The notes: a model not told the origin generated them from the letters alone. DNA of 64,000 bases from a bacterium (GCA_037131125.1 JBAXRR010000002.1:21605-85604); one strand, 5' to 3'. Shown: positions 50,319 to 59,801, numbered from the stretch's first letter. Translations and numbers: made by a program.

Positions 50319-50651
50319 ATGGAAGCACAATCTGGAAATAATGATCCAAAAGTACAAAGAACATTGCTACAAAGAGTATTAAACATACAAGCTGTAGATA
50401 ATGGAGAAGGTATTAGAGCTGTTCCAAATGAGGAAAGAAGAACAACATTTAGAGATGTAGTATTATCGTTCTTAAGAGGAAAGAAAACACCATCCCAAAG
50501 CATTTACCAAATTACTGACGAACCTGATGATACCAGCAGTGTAGATTCAGAAGGGTTTAGAAATGCACAAAACATGACACTTGGGGCTTCAAGTAAAACT
50601 CCATCTGAATTTTTCGGAAACAAAGGAAAGAAAAAAACTAACAGTGATTGA
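50319..50651 (+). CDS. Small hydrophilic hypothetical protein
   Basis: 110-aa ORF with upstream TTGAAA-N16-TACAAT (50192..50219). Confidence 0.55.
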   Translation: MEAQSGNNDPKVQRTLLQRVLNIQAVDNGEGIRAVPNEERRTTFRDVVLSFLRGKKTPSQSIYQITDEPDDTSSVDSEGFRNAQNMTLGASSKTPSEFFGNKGKKKTNSD

Positions 50652-50701
50652 GTTTTTCATAATTCCTCTTTTCTGTTAAAATGCATTAGTTTATATTTTA
50701 T

Positions 50702-50794
50702 ATTTCGCGCTAAAGGTAGTTTTTTAATTACAGATTATTGGGACTTCAAAGGTCTTAGCAATTTGTAGTTAAAACTACCAAGGTGTTGCGAAAT
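50702..50794 (+). promoter_or_regulatory. Long hairpin in the pnp 5' leader
   Basis: Four stacked helices (7, 9, 11, 9 bp) with six G-U pairs; TGnTAAAAT at 50674..50682 upstream; ATG 7 nt after the stem. Confidence 0.75.
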
Positions 50795-50801
50795 TCCCTA
50801 C

Positions 50802-52931
50802 ATGTTATTCAATAACCATGTAAAGCATGAGGCCGACATTGACGGCACTCATTACAGCCTGGAAACAGGTATTATGGCTCGTAGAGCCGATTCTGCAGTA
50901 GTTGCTAGAGCAGGAGATACAGTAGTTCTAGCAACCGTAACGGTTTCCGATAAACCATCTTCCCTCGACTATTTTCCTCTAACGGTCGAGTTCGTCGAAA
51001 AATACTACGCAGGAGGAAGAATTTCATCTTCAAGATTCGTTAAAAGAGAGAGATTTCCTACAGATGAAGCTGTTCTAAAAAGAAGAGCAATAGATAGATC
51101 TGTAAGACCACTTTTCCCAGAAGGATACAAGAATGAGGTTCAATTAATAGTCACAGTATTATCCTATGATGATAAGAATGACGCACTTTTACTTGGAATT
51201 AATGCTGCTTCTGCAGCTTTAAGTACTTCTAAAGTTCCATTCGATGGTCCTGTTGCAGGTGTTCGAGTTGGAAAGATTGATGGAGCATTAATGGTAAATC
51301 CAACAGTTTCAAGTATGGAAACATCTGAACTTGATTTAGTATTCAGTGGATACTCTGACCTAGTTACCATGATTGAAGTTGGTGGAAACCAAGTTCCAAA
51401 TGAAGAAATGGATAAAGCATTTGATATGGCAGCTTCTGAATTTGATAAATATGTATCCTTCCAAAAGGGATTTATTGAAAAGGTTAAGAAGGAAAAGATG
51501 TCATATGAGCCAATAGTTCCAAATGAAGAAGTAATGAAAGAATTAATTGCTAACTATAATGATAAATTTGTAGATGCAATGTATGGAACACATGACAAAC
51601 TATATGACGAGAAAATGGCTTTAGTTAAAGCTGAACTTGTAGAAAAGTTTAAAGATAAAGTTTCAGAAGCAGATATTGCTGCTTGTATGTACAAGTTTGC
51701 TAAAAAGATTATGAGAAAAGGTATTTTAACTGAAAGTAAGAGATTAAGTGGAAGAGCTATGGATGAGATTAGAGAAATAGATATTCAAGTTGGAGTATTA
51801 CCTAGAGTTCATGGTTCTGCTCTATTTACTCGAGGTGTAACCCAAGCTTTATCTATTGCAACTTTAGGATCATCTAGACTTGCTCAAACATTAGATAGTT
51901 TTGAAGGAGAAGAAATAAAGCATTACATGCACCATTATAATGGACCTTCTTACTCTCTAGGAGAGCCAGGAAGATATTCATATAACCCAGGTGGAAGAGA
52001 AATTGGACACGGAGCTTTAGCAGAAAAAGCCTTAAAGTATGTTGTTCCATCTCAAGAAGAATTCCCTTATACAATTAGAGTTGTAAGTGAAGTTCTTTCT
52101 CAATCTGGATCTTCTTCTATGGCTTCAACTTGTGGTTCAACACTTGCTTTAATGGAAGCAGGAGTTCCAATAAAAGCACCTGTTGCAGGTATTGCAATTG
52201 GACTTGTTACTGGAGAAACACAAGATGAATACAAATTAGTTGTAGATATGGCAGATAAAGAAGACTTCTTTGGTGATATGGACTTCAAAGTTGCAGGAAG
52301 TGTTAATGGAGTTACTGCAATTCAAATGGATAACAAACTTAAAGGTGTTAAGGTTTCTATTCTTAAAGAAGCTTTAAAGGTAGCTGGAGTTAAAAGACTT
52401 GAGTTACTTTCAAAGATGACTGCAGTTATAGATAAACCAAGGGCAGAGCTAAGTGAGTTTGCTCCAAAGGTACAATCTCTAAAGATTAAACAAGATAAGA
52501 TTGGAGAATTAATTGGTCCAGGTGGAAAGAATATCAAAGCAATTATTGCAGAGTCAGGTGCTGATATAGACATAAAAGATGACGGTACAGTATTTGTTAC
52601 TGCAGTGTCTAAGGATAGTCTAGAAAAGGCACTTGGAATGATAGACAATATTGTTGCAGAACCTGAAGTTGGAAAGGTATATGATGGTATTATAGATAGT
52701 ATTAAAGAATACGGAGCATTCGTTGATCTTGGGGCATTCTCAGGACTCGTACATGTTTCTGAAATCTCAGATACTTTCATTAAGGACATCAGTAAGGTAA
52801 TAAAGGAAGGAGACAGAGTAAGAGTATTAGTTGTTGGTATAGATGAACAAGGTAGAGTCAAGTTGTCTATTAAGCAAGCTAAGAAAAAGGATGCTGAAAA
52901 TGGTGTAAAGCCAGTAGAAGAGAAAGCTTAG
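50802..52931 (+). CDS. pnp: Polyribonucleotide nucleotidyltransferase
   Basis: FPLTV, IDRSVRPLFP, HGSALFTRG.TQ, REIGHGALAE, GSSSMA, GDMDFKVAG, KH (IGPGGKNI) and S1 domains. Confidence 0.97.
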   Translation: MLFNNHVKHEADIDGTHYSLETGIMARRADSAVVARAGDTVVLATVTVSDKPSSLDYFPLTVEFVEKYYAGGRISSSRFVKRERFPTDEAVLKRRAIDRSVRPLFPEGYKNEVQLIVTVLSYDDKNDALLLGINAASAALSTSKVPFDGPVAGVRVGKIDGALMVNPTVSSMETSELDLVFSGYSDLVTMIEVGGNQVPNEEMDKAFDMAASEFDKYVSFQKGFIEKVKKEKMSYEPIVPNEEVMKELIANYNDKFVDAMYGTHDKLYDEKMALVKAELVEKFKDKVSEADIAACMYKFAKKIMRKGILTESKRLSGRAMDEIREIDIQVGVLPRVHGSALFTRGVTQALSIATLGSSRLAQTLDSFEGEEIKHYMHHYNGPSYSLGEPGRYSYNPGGREIGHGALAEKALKYVVPSQEEFPYTIRVVSEVLSQSGSSSMASTCGSTLALMEAGVPIKAPVAGIAIGLVTGETQDEYKLVVDMADKEDFFGDMDFKVAGSVNGVTAIQMDNKLKGVKVSILKEALKVAGVKRLELLSKMTAVIDKPRAELSEFAPKVQSLKIKQDKIGELIGPGGKNIKAIIAESGADIDIKDDGTVFVTAVSKDSLEKALGMIDNIVAEPEVGKVYDGIIDSIKEYGAFVDLGAFSGLVHVSEISDTFIKDISKVIKEGDRVRVLVVGIDEQGRVKLSIKQAKKKDAENGVKPVEEKA

Positions 52932-52960
52932 GTTATTAATTAAATACAAGGAGATATATT

Positions 52961-54694
52961 TTGGTTAGAAAGGCCATTGATTTTACCAAAACAATATTCA
53001 CATCTGAGCCACAAAGCACACTTAAAGTAAGTGTTATATTAATGGGTATAACTTTACTTGCAAAAGTTGCAGGACTTGCTGTTAAGGCTTTGATGGCAAA
53101 CAAGATCGGAGTTAATAGAGAGCTCGATATCTTCTTTGCTGCTAATACCCTTCCAGAAATGCTCTCTAATGTATTTTTAGTAGGCGCATTATCTGCAGCA
53201 GTTATACCTATACTTGCACAAGTAAAGAAAGTAAAAGGATTCGAAGAATTTGAAAAGACTTTATCTCTAGGACTTAATGGGAGTTTACTTCTATTTACAG
53301 CAATTACTATTGTTGTATCCATATTTGCAGGACAAATAATTCCTTGGATTATTCAGAACTTTGCAAATCCAATAGATCCCTTTACACCAGGAGAAATCTC
53401 TAGAATTGTAATTATGACTAGAGTACTTCTCTTCTCCCAAATACTTCTTGGAGTAAGCAGTTTTATTGGAGTTGGTCTTCAGACAATGCAGAGATTTATA
53501 ATTCCACAAATTGCTGGAATTCTATATAACATTGGACAGTTAATTGGAGCTATCTTAATAATTCCACTTCTTCCAAATGAATATAAATTATGGGGACTTG
53601 TTATAGGTATCTATCTTGGATGTATCTTTCATATCCTTATTCAACTTCCCGCAATTAGAGCAGTTGGAATTAAGTATTATCCAATCTTAGATTTTAAAAA
53701 TGCAGCAGTAAGAAAAATGGCTGTTTTAGGAATTCCAAGAACACTTACATTAGCAGCAGATCAGTTTGCGGTAGCCTTTGATAAAGTAATTGCACTAAGA
53801 CTTATTCAAGGTTCACTTTCAGCATATGCTCTCTCAATATCCATTATGAGTATTCCATTTTCACTTGTTGCATATAGCTTTTCTGTAGTAGCATTTCCTA
53901 AACTTGCAGAACATTTTGCAGCAAATGATAAAAACAGTGCAAGAGATCTATTCACAAAAGTATTTAACCAAATACTATTCTTAGTGATTCCGATAACTGC
54001 AATATTTATAGTTCTTCGTGTTCCACTTGTTCGTATTATGTATGGACTTTATCCAAATGGTAACTTCTCATGGGATGCTACCCTTCTTATTGCCTGGATG
54101 ATACTCTTCTACTCCATTGGGCTTGTCCCAGAAGTATTAAATACATTACATAACAGACTATTTTTCTCTGCACATAACACTTGGATTCCACTACTAATTG
54201 GTGCCTTCATTGTAATATTTGGTATGGGAACAGGTTTAGCATTCACGCAATATTTAAAACATTTTGACACTCTTTCTATCCTAGATTTAACAATAAATTT
54301 AGATTTCTTTAAATATAATGCCTCGTCTGTAGGTATTGCGGCTGTTGGAGGATTGGCATTAAGCTCCTCAATTACAAATATAATCGCCTTCATTTTCTTC
54401 ATGATAGCCATTAATGTAAAACTATTTAAACTTACATTCCATGACTTCTGGTTAAAGATTATCGCAAAAACATCTGTTGGAATAAGTATGTTTAGCTTCA
54501 TGTATATAATTACTAAGTTTTGGGAAAGTACATTAAATACTGCAAAAGTTTCCGGAGTCATTCTTCTTACAGGAGGTACAATACTATTCGGAGGACTTCT
54601 TTATGTAGGGCTTAGTATATTATTCAAAATAGAAGAAGCAGATATATTCAAAAGATATTATGAGAGATTTAGAAAATATATAATCACAAGATAA
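52961..54694 (+). CDS. murJ: Lipid II flippase (MviN family)
   Basis: DIFFAANTLP, GALSAAVIP, QLPA, VAFPKLA, RLFFSAHNTWIP; AGGAG upstream of the TTG start. Confidence 0.88.
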   Translation: MVRKAIDFTKTIFTSEPQSTLKVSVILMGITLLAKVAGLAVKALMANKIGVNRELDIFFAANTLPEMLSNVFLVGALSAAVIPILAQVKKVKGFEEFEKTLSLGLNGSLLLFTAITIVVSIFAGQIIPWIIQNFANPIDPFTPGEISRIVIMTRVLLFSQILLGVSSFIGVGLQTMQRFIIPQIAGILYNIGQLIGAILIIPLLPNEYKLWGLVIGIYLGCIFHILIQLPAIRAVGIKYYPILDFKNAAVRKMAVLGIPRTLTLAADQFAVAFDKVIALRLIQGSLSAYALSISIMSIPFSLVAYSFSVVAFPKLAEHFAANDKNSARDLFTKVFNQILFLVIPITAIFIVLRVPLVRIMYGLYPNGNFSWDATLLIAWMILFYSIGLVPEVLNTLHNRLFFSAHNTWIPLLIGAFIVIFGMGTGLAFTQYLKHFDTLSILDLTINLDFFKYNASSVGIAAVGGLALSSSITNIIAFIFFMIAINVKLFKLTFHDFWLKIIAKTSVGISMFSFMYIITKFWESTLNTAKVSGVILLTGGTILFGGLLYVGLSILFKIEEADIFKRYYERFRKYIITR

Positions 54695-54695
54695 A

Positions 54696-55427
54696 GTGAA
54701 AGAACAAGAAGAAGATAAAAAAGACAAATCTAAAAGGGAGATCCCACAAACAATACTCATAGAGAGAGAGAAAATTATTCTTCGAGAAGGTGGTGGATTT
54801 AGCATTAAAAGTTGTCTATCTACTGGTTGTGGACTATTTATGGCCCTTCTAGTTGTAGGAATCATATTAATAGCCACCGTTCCTGACTACAAAGAGAAAG
54901 CATTAACATTTGCACTTTCAGTTTTTGCTAAACAATATGAACCAGCAGATCTTCCAGCTTCTACCCCACAATATATAAAACCAGAGTTTTTAAATGCTAT
55001 AGAAGCACTATCTTCTTCGAGTAATGTTGTAGAACAAGTGAGAATTAATAAAGATGAATTTAATTCTTATCTTCAAAATACAGATTTTGGCATTGATATA
55101 ACTGCAAAAACTGAATTTCTAGATAGAGGTGTTAAGGTTTTTGTAAGAAGTAAAAAATATCAGGATTCGCCTTGGATAAAAATTACTTTAGAAAATCCAG
55201 CTAATGGACAACTACAGCTCAAATCTGCTAACTTAGGGCCATTCGAGGTTTCTCCAGATGGACTAAGATCTAGTTTAAAGACATTTAATTTAGGATTAGA
55301 AAACTTCAATTTTGAAAAAATTAACGAATACTTGGGACAAATGTTACTTCCTAAAGATTCAAAATTCACTATTGAAAAAATAGATATGTACTCCGATTAT
55401 GCTCTATTAAGGCTTATTAGAAAATGA
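54696..55427 (+). CDS. Single-TM hypothetical protein
   Basis: 243 aa; SCLSTGCG followed by TM. Confidence 0.65.
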   Translation: MKEQEEDKKDKSKREIPQTILIEREKIILREGGGFSIKSCLSTGCGLFMALLVVGIILIATVPDYKEKALTFALSVFAKQYEPADLPASTPQYIKPEFLNAIEALSSSSNVVEQVRINKDEFNSYLQNTDFGIDITAKTEFLDRGVKVFVRSKKYQDSPWIKITLENPANGQLQLKSANLGPFEVSPDGLRSSLKTFNLGLENFNFEKINEYLGQMLLPKDSKFTIEKIDMYSDYALLRLIRK

Positions 55428-56401
55428 AACTAATTCTTCTTCATGGAGAAAACAATTTCGACAGCGAGGCTAAACTAAAGTCGTATGTAAACACACTCTC
55501 TAAAACATTTTCAAAGATTGAAAAAATAGATGGGGACACTGCAAAGAATATTTCAGATATGCACTTAGATTTTGACATTTCACTCTTTGGTGAAAAGAAG
55601 GCTGTGGTAATAAGACGACTATTTCAAAATTCAAATAAAAATACTTTGGACTCATTTCTTAAGTATTTAGAATCCAATGAGAAAGATACAGGAGATAACA
55701 CAATTGTACTTTGGGAAGATAAGAACGCAGATAAAAGAACAGTTCTTTACAAATACATTGTTAAGAAGTTCACTGTTGAAGAATTTCCTAAACTTACATA
55801 CAGAGATCTAACTAATTGGATTATTAAATATGGAAATTTGAAAGATATAGTTATAGGAAGTAATGAAGCCTTTATGCTAACTCTTAGAGTTGGTGAAGAT
55901 ACGAATGTGATAGCACATGAGATAAATAAATTATCTAGTTTGAAAATTACTAAACTAACTGAAGAAGATATTTCTAAATATTTAAGTGAATCTGCAGAAC
56001 ATAATATTTTTGAACTACTCGATGTAATACTAGATATATTATCTCTTGGAGATAACAAAGATAATTCACATGAATTTCATTCTAAATATATAAAGATGCA
56101 AAAGCTTTCAGAAAAGCTATTTGAAGACTACAAGAACTATCCTTCTTTAATGGCAAACCTTACAAGTAACTTAAGTACTCTTTTACAAATAAAGTTACTT
56201 CAAGAAAAAGGACTTGCTCAAGTAGAAATTGCATCTCAAATTCCAATGCATCCTTTTGTGTTTAAGAAACTTTATGCAAGGAGTAGTAACTTCAATATTG
56301 AATACTTAAAGAACAAATATGCACTACTTGCAGATTTGGATTACAAATTTAAAAAAGGAGAAATAGATGCCACAAGTGTCGTCGTTATGATTGTTAAATA
56401 G
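55424..56401 (+). CDS. holA: DNA polymerase III delta subunit
   Basis: LLHGEN, SLFGEKK, DKRT, EINKL, NIFELLD, HPFV.KK, DYKFKKG. Confidence 0.85.
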   Translation: MKLILLHGENNFDSEAKLKSYVNTLSKTFSKIEKIDGDTAKNISDMHLDFDISLFGEKKAVVIRRLFQNSNKNTLDSFLKYLESNEKDTGDNTIVLWEDKNADKRTVLYKYIVKKFTVEEFPKLTYRDLTNWIIKYGNLKDIVIGSNEAFMLTLRVGEDTNVIAHEINKLSSLKITKLTEEDISKYLSESAEHNIFELLDVILDILSLGDNKDNSHEFHSKYIKMQKLSEKLFEDYKNYPSLMANLTSNLSTLLQIKLLQEKGLAQVEIASQIPMHPFVFKKLYARSSNFNIEYLKNKYALLADLDYKFKKGEIDATSVVVMIVK

Positions 56402-56437
56402 AGATTAATTTCCTGAAAGGATATGTTTTTCAATTAT

Positions 56438-56495
56438 TAACCGTCATGTATACTGGGAGGTTTGATAGCCTAACCGTCAAGTATACTGGGGGGTT
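56438..56495. repeat. Two 25-bp direct repeats (33-bp period), each an imperfect palindrome
   Basis: TAACCGTCATGTATACTGGGAGGTT and TAACCGTCAAGTATACTGGGGGGTT, 23/25 identical. Confidence 0.9.
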
Positions 56496-56609
56496 GGGAA
56501 AACATACTTCTAGTAAATATATTCAGATAGCCTCAAATAATACTAGTTAAACAGGATTTTCTAAATATCGGACTAATGCTTTGAGAATTTAGAAATTTGC
56601 AATAATCTA

Positions 56610-56638
56610 TTGACAGTTGCATTTTTCTGGTATATTCT
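56610..56638 (+). promoter_or_regulatory. sigma70-type promoter of abiE operon
   Basis: TTGACA-N17-TATTCT, followed by an AATTCA-N10-TGAATT inverted repeat before the ATG. Confidence 0.6.
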
Positions 56639-56676
56639 GAGGATAGTAATTCAGCGTTATTGATGAATTTGAGTAC

Positions 56677-57459
56677 ATGAAAAACACCATTCTTTCGACA
56701 AAACAAAGCGATTTACTTGAAAAATTGTTAGTGACATACGGGCAAATTGTTTCAACTGAACAAGTACACACACAAGCCCAGTTAACTGGTGAATACAAAC
56801 AAACAAAAAATATTATTACAAAGCTTGTTGAAAATGGTTGGTTAATTCGAATTAAACAAGGTCTTTATGCAATTTCCGATTTGAGTTCACGTGGATTCCT
56901 CGCAATATCTCCATACTTAGTAGCTAATTTAATTGTCCCCGAGTCATATGTTTCATTTGAATCTGCGTTACAAAAATATGGAATGTTTGATCAACTTACT
57001 GAAATAACAGTTTCAATTTCTTTAAAAAAATATAAGGCTTTGACACTTAGTTCAACAACGTATTCATATATTAATACCAAACCAAAATATTACTTTGGTT
57101 GGAAAGATATTAGTATTGATAATAGAATTGCACATATTGCTACACCAGAAAAAGCATTAATAGATATAATAAACTTTCACAAAAGCCAATACTCTATTGA
57201 TTTTGTAATAGAAAAATTAAATGAAAACAAAAAGGATTTGGACTTTAAGCTAATGAGTCAATATCTAGAGGTGTTTCCATTAACCATAATTAGATCATTC
57301 GGATTAATTTTTGACCTTATTGGCATTAATTCAGATAGGTTATATGCAAAAGTTAGAAATTTAAGAAATTATAGTGAAATGTTACCAGATGATACTAAAT
57401 TTAATGCTAAATGGAGAATATATTACAATCCATATTTTGATAAATACCATTCAAAATGA
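56677..57459 (+). CDS. AbiEi-family antitoxin / transcriptional regulator
   Basis: wHTH LVENGWLIRIKQGLY; SYVSFESAL..YG; ATPEKALID; overlaps the toxin start. Confidence 0.88.
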   Translation: MKNTILSTKQSDLLEKLLVTYGQIVSTEQVHTQAQLTGEYKQTKNIITKLVENGWLIRIKQGLYAISDLSSRGFLAISPYLVANLIVPESYVSFESALQKYGMFDQLTEITVSISLKKYKALTLSSTTYSYINTKPKYYFGWKDISIDNRIAHIATPEKALIDIINFHKSQYSIDFVIEKLNENKKDLDFKLMSQYLEVFPLTIIRSFGLIFDLIGINSDRLYAKVRNLRNYSEMLPDDTKFNAKWRIYYNPYFDKYHSK

Positions 57460-58238
57460 GCTTTCAACTTCTCACAAGACAACAATTAGAAATCATTAAT
57501 CGCAAAAGTCTGAAATATCCACTGCACATTGCAGAGAAGGATTACTTCTTAAGTTTGGCAATGTTAACTATTTCTAATTCGAACCTTGGAAAAATACTAA
57601 TATTTAAAGGTGGCACAGCACTCCATCATTGCTATTTAGAACAACATCGCTTTTCCGAAGATTTGGATTTTTCATCAAATCAAAATACTCTAACACTAGA
57701 TAATGTTAAAAGTATTTTTAAAGACATAAGCTATTTCAAAATAAAAAAGGAATATATCTCAAATGCAACAATAAAAATCGAGAAATTGCAATACTCAGGT
57801 CCATTAATTCAACCTAACTCATTAAAAATAGAGATAGATTTCTTACAAAACGTACTATTACCTCCAAAAAAAATTAAATACTCTAATGTCTGGGGATTAG
57901 ATTTCGAAGTTAATGTTATGGACATCAGAGAAGTCTGTGCGGAAAAAATAAGAGCCATGAGCGAAAGAGCTAGATACAGAGATTTTTATGATCTTTTCCT
58001 GATACTAGAGAAATATTCAATAGATTTAGAAGAAATTACAGGATATATTGCTCTCAAGGAAATACGAAAAACAATCATCAAACAAAACATTCTTCATAAT
58101 TGGTTAATTGTTGGAACACAAAAAAAGGAAGAAATGAATCAAATTCACTATTCTAAAACTGTATCAGATGAACAGATAGAAAATATGATAAATAGGTTAC
58201 CTTTTGAAGAAATAATTAGAGAAAAGGTAAAAAATTGA
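57456..58238 (+). CDS. AbiEii-family nucleotidyltransferase toxin
   Basis: EKDY, FKGGTAL, RFSEDLDF, AEKIRA, RYRDFYDL. Confidence 0.9.
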   Translation: MSFQLLTRQQLEIINRKSLKYPLHIAEKDYFLSLAMLTISNSNLGKILIFKGGTALHHCYLEQHRFSEDLDFSSNQNTLTLDNVKSIFKDISYFKIKKEYISNATIKIEKLQYSGPLIQPNSLKIEIDFLQNVLLPPKKIKYSNVWGLDFEVNVMDIREVCAEKIRAMSERARYRDFYDLFLILEKYSIDLEEITGYIALKEIRKTIIKQNILHNWLIVGTQKKEEMNQIHYSKTVSDEQIENMINRLPFEEIIREKVKN

Positions 58239-58254
58239 AACAAGATATTTCCGT

Positions 58255-59547
58255 ATGTTTGGTATTGTAGACTCCATACATATTCTGTATATTGTAATAT
58301 ACATATTTTCTATAACGATGAACCTTCTAAGACAAAAAATTCAAGGGATTTTAGGCTTATCTTTAATCTCTTTTATTATTTTTTCTTTAACTATAACTCC
58401 TACATTTGCCCAAGCCTTAGATGTTCTTACGAGAGCAAACTGGAATGTAGATGAATCTCTTTACCAAGAAGAAAAGAAATTTGGAGAAATTAGTAAACTA
58501 AACTTAGTTGTAATGGATACTAACTCACTTCAAATACGAAGTGATTGTAAAGACTGGGCAAGTTCTCTTTACTACTATTTCACCACAAGGCTTGGAACAA
58601 AAGATATTCCATTTGCATATCTAGCATGCCAAGATGGAACAATATTGGAAGGTGCAAAACAAAAAGAAGAACGCTCTTTTGATATCCTCGGAGGAGATGG
58701 TGCAATTAATATTCCACTACTAACGACTTCATCCAATATTGGATTAAATGCAGAAAGTTATGCAAAACTTGAAACATTCATAATTTCCTTATCTGAAAAA
58801 TATTCAATAAAAAAGATTGATATTAAAGAATTAAAAGTAGATTTAAGTGTTAAAGATAAATCTGTAAAAATGAGTCTAGTTTCATTAAGTAATCCATTAC
58901 CAGAATTTAGTGCATTAGTGGATGCAACAACTCTAAAACTAAAACAGGCTAATAGGACATTACAGTTATCTCTAAAAGGCACATCCCTGTCTAGTACTAA
59001 CGTTAAGCCGGGTGACCTAATAGATGTAAAAATGAACATAACTAACAATTCAGGATTTAATGTATATGGAAGAGGAGATAACTCTCTATTTGCAGTAACA
59101 GATACTCCTTTTGACAGTAAGAGTGAATTTTATGCAGGAAGTGATTTTTGGAATTCTTTATCTAGAGTTCAACTACTAAAAGATGATGACATTATCCTAG
59201 ACAAAGAAGTTAAAGACTTAATATTCAAAGTTAAAGTACCACTTAAAGGTGGGAAACTAACACAAAGTTTCATACTTACGAACAAATCTGGAATTAAAAT
59301 AGCTGGAACTAACTTTAAAGTAGAAGTTAATTCAACAATGGCAGGGATGGACATAGTGGAAATTAAATCTACAGAAAATGGTAAATTAAATGTAAGAGAT
59401 GTACCTAATGGTACAAATGTAATTACAAAGGTATTTCCAGGTGAAAGATACATTGTATATACAAGACAGGATGGATGGTTACAAATAGATGTAGGAGGAA
59501 CAAAAGGCTGGATATTAGCTTCCTATGCAAAGGGAGTAACACAGTAG
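58255..59547 (+). CDS. Exported degenerate amidase_2/PGRP-like domain, Ig-like domain and SH3b; likely start 58318
   Basis: PTFA signal; LTRANW..DIPFAYL..DGTILEG; C-terminal LNVRDVP...DGWLQI..GTKGWI. Confidence 0.7.
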   Translation: MFGIVDSIHILYIVIYIFSITMNLLRQKIQGILGLSLISFIIFSLTITPTFAQALDVLTRANWNVDESLYQEEKKFGEISKLNLVVMDTNSLQIRSDCKDWASSLYYYFTTRLGTKDIPFAYLACQDGTILEGAKQKEERSFDILGGDGAINIPLLTTSSNIGLNAESYAKLETFIISLSEKYSIKKIDIKELKVDLSVKDKSVKMSLVSLSNPLPEFSALVDATTLKLKQANRTLQLSLKGTSLSSTNVKPGDLIDVKMNITNNSGFNVYGRGDNSLFAVTDTPFDSKSEFYAGSDFWNSLSRVQLLKDDDIILDKEVKDLIFKVKVPLKGGKLTQSFILTNKSGIKIAGTNFKVEVNSTMAGMDIVEIKSTENGKLNVRDVPNGTNVITKVFPGERYIVYTRQDGWLQIDVGGTKGWILASYAKGVTQ

Positions 59548-59601
59548 TAACTAAGTACTTGTCACCTTGTTAAATATCTGATACTAATGAATAAGTACTC
59601 T

Positions 59602-59614
59602 TGATCTTTAACAA
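59602..59614 (+). promoter_or_regulatory. rrn-type boxA antitermination-like element
   Basis: TGATCTTTAACAA versus E. coli rrn boxA TGCTCTTTAACA; about 100 nt upstream of the tRNA. Confidence 0.5.
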
Positions 59615-59711
59615 CTGAATATTAACGATACCGAATAGCAAGAATTCCCCTTTTTCAACTTAGTAGTAATACCCACCGTATTTTTGATAGAATACTAGAG
59701 ATCAAAGATTT

Positions 59712-59801
59712 GGAGGGTTACCCAAGTGGCTGAAGGGGAGGGTTTGCTAAACCCTTAGTACGGAGCAATCCGTAGCGAGAGTTCGAATCTCTCACCCTCC
59801 G
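59712..59801 (+). tRNA. tRNA-Ser(GCT), CCA not encoded
   Basis: Acceptor GGAGGGT/ACCCTCC, anticodon arm AGGGT-TTGCTAA-ACCCT, long variable arm TACGG..CCGTA, T arm GAGAG-TTCGAAT-CTCTC, discriminator G. Confidence 0.96.

Noticed and set aside
56438-56495. Repeats as a CRISPR mini-array, type III antitoxin RNA or dif site
   Set aside because: Only two units with an 8-bp spacer, no cas or toxN-like gene, and the arms do not resemble XerC/XerD boxes despite a TGTATA core.
59548-59711. Leader as T-box, 6S or SRP RNA
   Set aside because: No T-box consensus or SRP loop motif; pairing beyond the closing 10-bp stem is weak.
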